Below, piece after piece: positions 62,201-64,000 of a stretch of 64,000 nucleotides of DNA. The DNA is from Euglena gracilis (taxonomy: Eukaryota): assembly GCA_039621445.1 (NCBI GenBank), contig CP154954.1:16634140-16698139 (forward strand), read 5' to 3'. The notes below the pieces were generated by a model. It saw only the letters and a program-made list of their open reading frames with translations. It was not told where the DNA came from and made no database searches. Position numbers and translations under genes: made by a program. Numbering within the stretch: the first letter of the stretch is position 1; the number at the start of each line of letters is the position of its first letter.

Positions 62201-63407
62201 CTGTTGTTGAGGGCAGTGTCAACCAACCTCGTTAGTTTTTGGCGATGTCTGTTTTGAAGTGCAACCCGGTGCACCTGACGTTGCCCATCTTGTTCCTGTG
62301 GAGGTCGTCTGGTGGTTCCTGCGGCGGCTGGAGGTGGCCACCACTGACTGGGTGATGGTGCTGAGTTCCCGACCGGTGCTGTCCGCCCAGCTGGCCGTGC
62401 GGGCGGGCAGCGCCATCAACCTGCTGTGGGGCGTGCCGGCCCTCCCCTCCGACGACGCAGAGGCCCAGCAGCACTGCCTGGAGGACATCGGCCGCGAAAT
62501 GAGGGTGGCCGACGGGCTACCGCCGTTGATCTGGGTGCAGGGTGGCCCAGGCTTCTGTCTCTTACTTTCACCGAACTTTAATTTCACATGGTTTGTCATT
62601 TAACGAATGCAAAAGGAAATCACCTGGTTCATTCTATGTCTTTTTTTCTGGATTTAACAATTGAAGCGTAAAACCGCTTCAAATTACTTTGCTTAAATTT
62701 TTTTTGCTGTTTTGTATCTGTATTCCAATTCCCTTCTGATTCCGGATAAAATAATTTCATTGGGTTGCCTTGTGGTCAAGGACGTCCACCTGAGGATCGT
62801 ACGCCACCTGGCCCTGAACGTGTCCGGGTACATCCCGGAGGGGACGGAGCCGGCCCCCGCACCACCGACGGAGGAGGAGCCCCCGTCCAAGCAGAGCGGC
62901 CGGGACCCGAAGGAGTCCAAGTCCAAGGAGACCAAGGAGTCCCAGGACAAGCCCAAGGAGAAGGAGACCAAGGACAAGCAGGACAAGAAGACCAAGGACA
63001 CGCCCAAGAAGGGCGCCCGGGGGAAGCAGTCCGCCTCCTCGCAGCAGCCGGCCCGGCACTCCTACGAGTCGTCCCCGGAACCGCCTGAGCGCCCGACACA
63101 CAGGGAACGGCCTAATGGTGGATTGTCTGTGATGATCGTATGTCCTGTTTCGATTTTGGCAGTAATTTCACAATTCTGTTTGATGAAGAGTTTTTCCGCT
63201 TCCTTATGATTAAAGTCAGAGTAATTTTCCTAAGATTGGAAGTGCGTTCACGTTCTACTATAAATTGGTTCCGCTGCGATGCAACACAATGGTATCTAAT
63301 CAAAACCGTTATCTGCGTTCCACGCCTCCCGTTTGCGCCGCTCCCTGTTGCCGAGGAAGCGGTCCGCCCTGGAGAACATCCAGGAGATGCTGGTGGACGA
63401 CGAGTGA
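59288..63407 (+). CDS. 11-exon gene, about 760 aa: N-terminal ParB/Srx-like domain, possible inactive beta-class amino-MTase domain, Lys/Glu-rich tail
   Basis: Exons: 59288-59374, 59560-59695, 59889-~60245, 60424-60639, 60833-60926, 61088-61189, 61313-61944, 62090-~62125, ~62274-62534, 62778-63097 and 63353-63407 (TGA). All are GC3-rich. Eight of ten junctions are frame-exact, by GT-AG or the +4/-6 pairing rule; introns 3 and 8 have uncertain ends. The spliced N-terminus contains VRWPRQEHVNDLITELKNNPPQELVLTVWPERATGKWVILSGQHRFLAASAI. Confidence 0.8.
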
Positions 63408-63950
63408 GCGGGCGGCTGCGGCGGCCGCGGTGGCAGCGGGCGGCTGGTGCCGCCAGCGAGGGAGGGACAAGCGAGACCCAGACCCAGACCGGACCAGACC
63501 CATACCCACACCCAGACCCAGTCCCCAATCATGCGCACACCTTCGCCACACCACACCCACCTATTTCGCTGTTTTCTTTCCTTTGTGTTTGCCTTTGGCA
63601 TGGCTGCGGAACTGGGGGCTGTGGGGTTTGCTCCAGCTGTGACCTTTGTTTTGAGAATCAAAGTTACAAACCCACAACTTGCTCGGTTTAGGTTCTTTTC
63701 TTCGTGATACAATGCATCTTCTCAATATTGTTTGATGCGGGATTCACGTTTGTTGGTTAGTTCAAGTTTGGCATATGTCATTACATTCAACATTCAGTTG
63801 GCTCAGTGATGTTGGCAATGTACTTAATTTGGGACCAGTACAATACAGTTTGTTTTGGACTTATTTCCTTCTCTCCGATTTGAGGAAGCGGAAAACCGCT
63901 TCATCGTTTTCATGATTGTTTTTGCAGGTTTTCCCTCCTACCCGCTTACG

Positions 63951-64000
63951 ATGGCCCAGTACCTCAAGTGCGGACTTTGACTACAGGTCTGTATCGTTCT
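63951..64000 (+). CDS. Possible first exon of a third element gene (MAQYL...)
   Basis: A palindrome at 63885 and a TTTTTGCAG acceptor (63927) precede ATGGCCCAGTACCTCAA and a GTGCGG donor-like sequence. Truncated by the window end. Confidence 0.25.

Larger units (their letters stand above)
53565..63902. repeat. Dispersed 18-bp palindrome GAAGCGG-N4-CCGCTTC, 21 copies
   Basis: Copies start at about 53565, 53902, 54128, 54523, 54842, 55173, 55758, 56041, 56131, 56897, 57687, 58643, 58673, 59481, 60371, 60729, 61041, 61971, 62663, 63185 and 63885. Both loop orientations (AAAA and TTTT) occur, with up to ~2 mismatches. Confidence 0.95.
53291..64000 (+). mobile_element. Element 2: large multi-gene putative DNA transposon (Academ-like transposase plus ParB-like gene), extending past the window end
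   Basis: Contiguous domain with 21 GAAGCGG-N4-CCGCTTC palindromes that I did not see in the first 53 kb. It is free of the MITEs and microsatellites that crowd the rest of the window and contains tandem + strand genes. Confidence 0.6.

Noticed and set aside
63355-63370. GAAGCGGTCCGCC as another palindrome copy
   Set aside because: Only a half-site, inside the last exon (RKRSA); not counted.
53565-63902. Palindromes as bacterial rho-independent terminators or REP elements
   Set aside because: There is no consistent U-tract, they sit inside introns of eukaryotic genes, and no bacterial gene organisation is present.

Overview
This is a repeat-dense eukaryotic genomic window, very probably from a euglenid. 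The evidence is non-conventional introns with base-paired ends that follow the euglenid +4/-6 pairing register, polypyrimidine-AG candidate trans-splice acceptors just upstream of ATGs, and GC3-rich exons. I see no housekeeping, rRNA or tRNA gene and no CRISPR array. Most of the window is microsatellites, a ~6.3-kb minisatellite, nested hAT-type MITEs and a decayed LINE. The main discovery is two distantly related, intron-split genes of about 800 aa (3708-6631 and 56195-58927) with an Academ-like DN / D / GxxH / E transposase signature. Each sits in a region marked by its own dispersed palindrome: GCGCATTTGCGC for the first and GAAGCGG-N4-CCGCTTC (21 copies) for the second. The second element (~53.3 kb to the window end) also carries an 11-exon gene (59288-63407) that the ORF track shows only as fragments. 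Its spliced product has an N-terminal ParB/Srx-like domain (WVILSGQHRFLAA) and what looks like a catalytically dead beta-class amino-methyltransferase domain. A transposase, a ParB-like protein and parS-like palindromes together suggest an undescribed eukaryotic mobile system. Splicing models and protein family assignments were made by eye and need transcript and HMM or structure confirmation.
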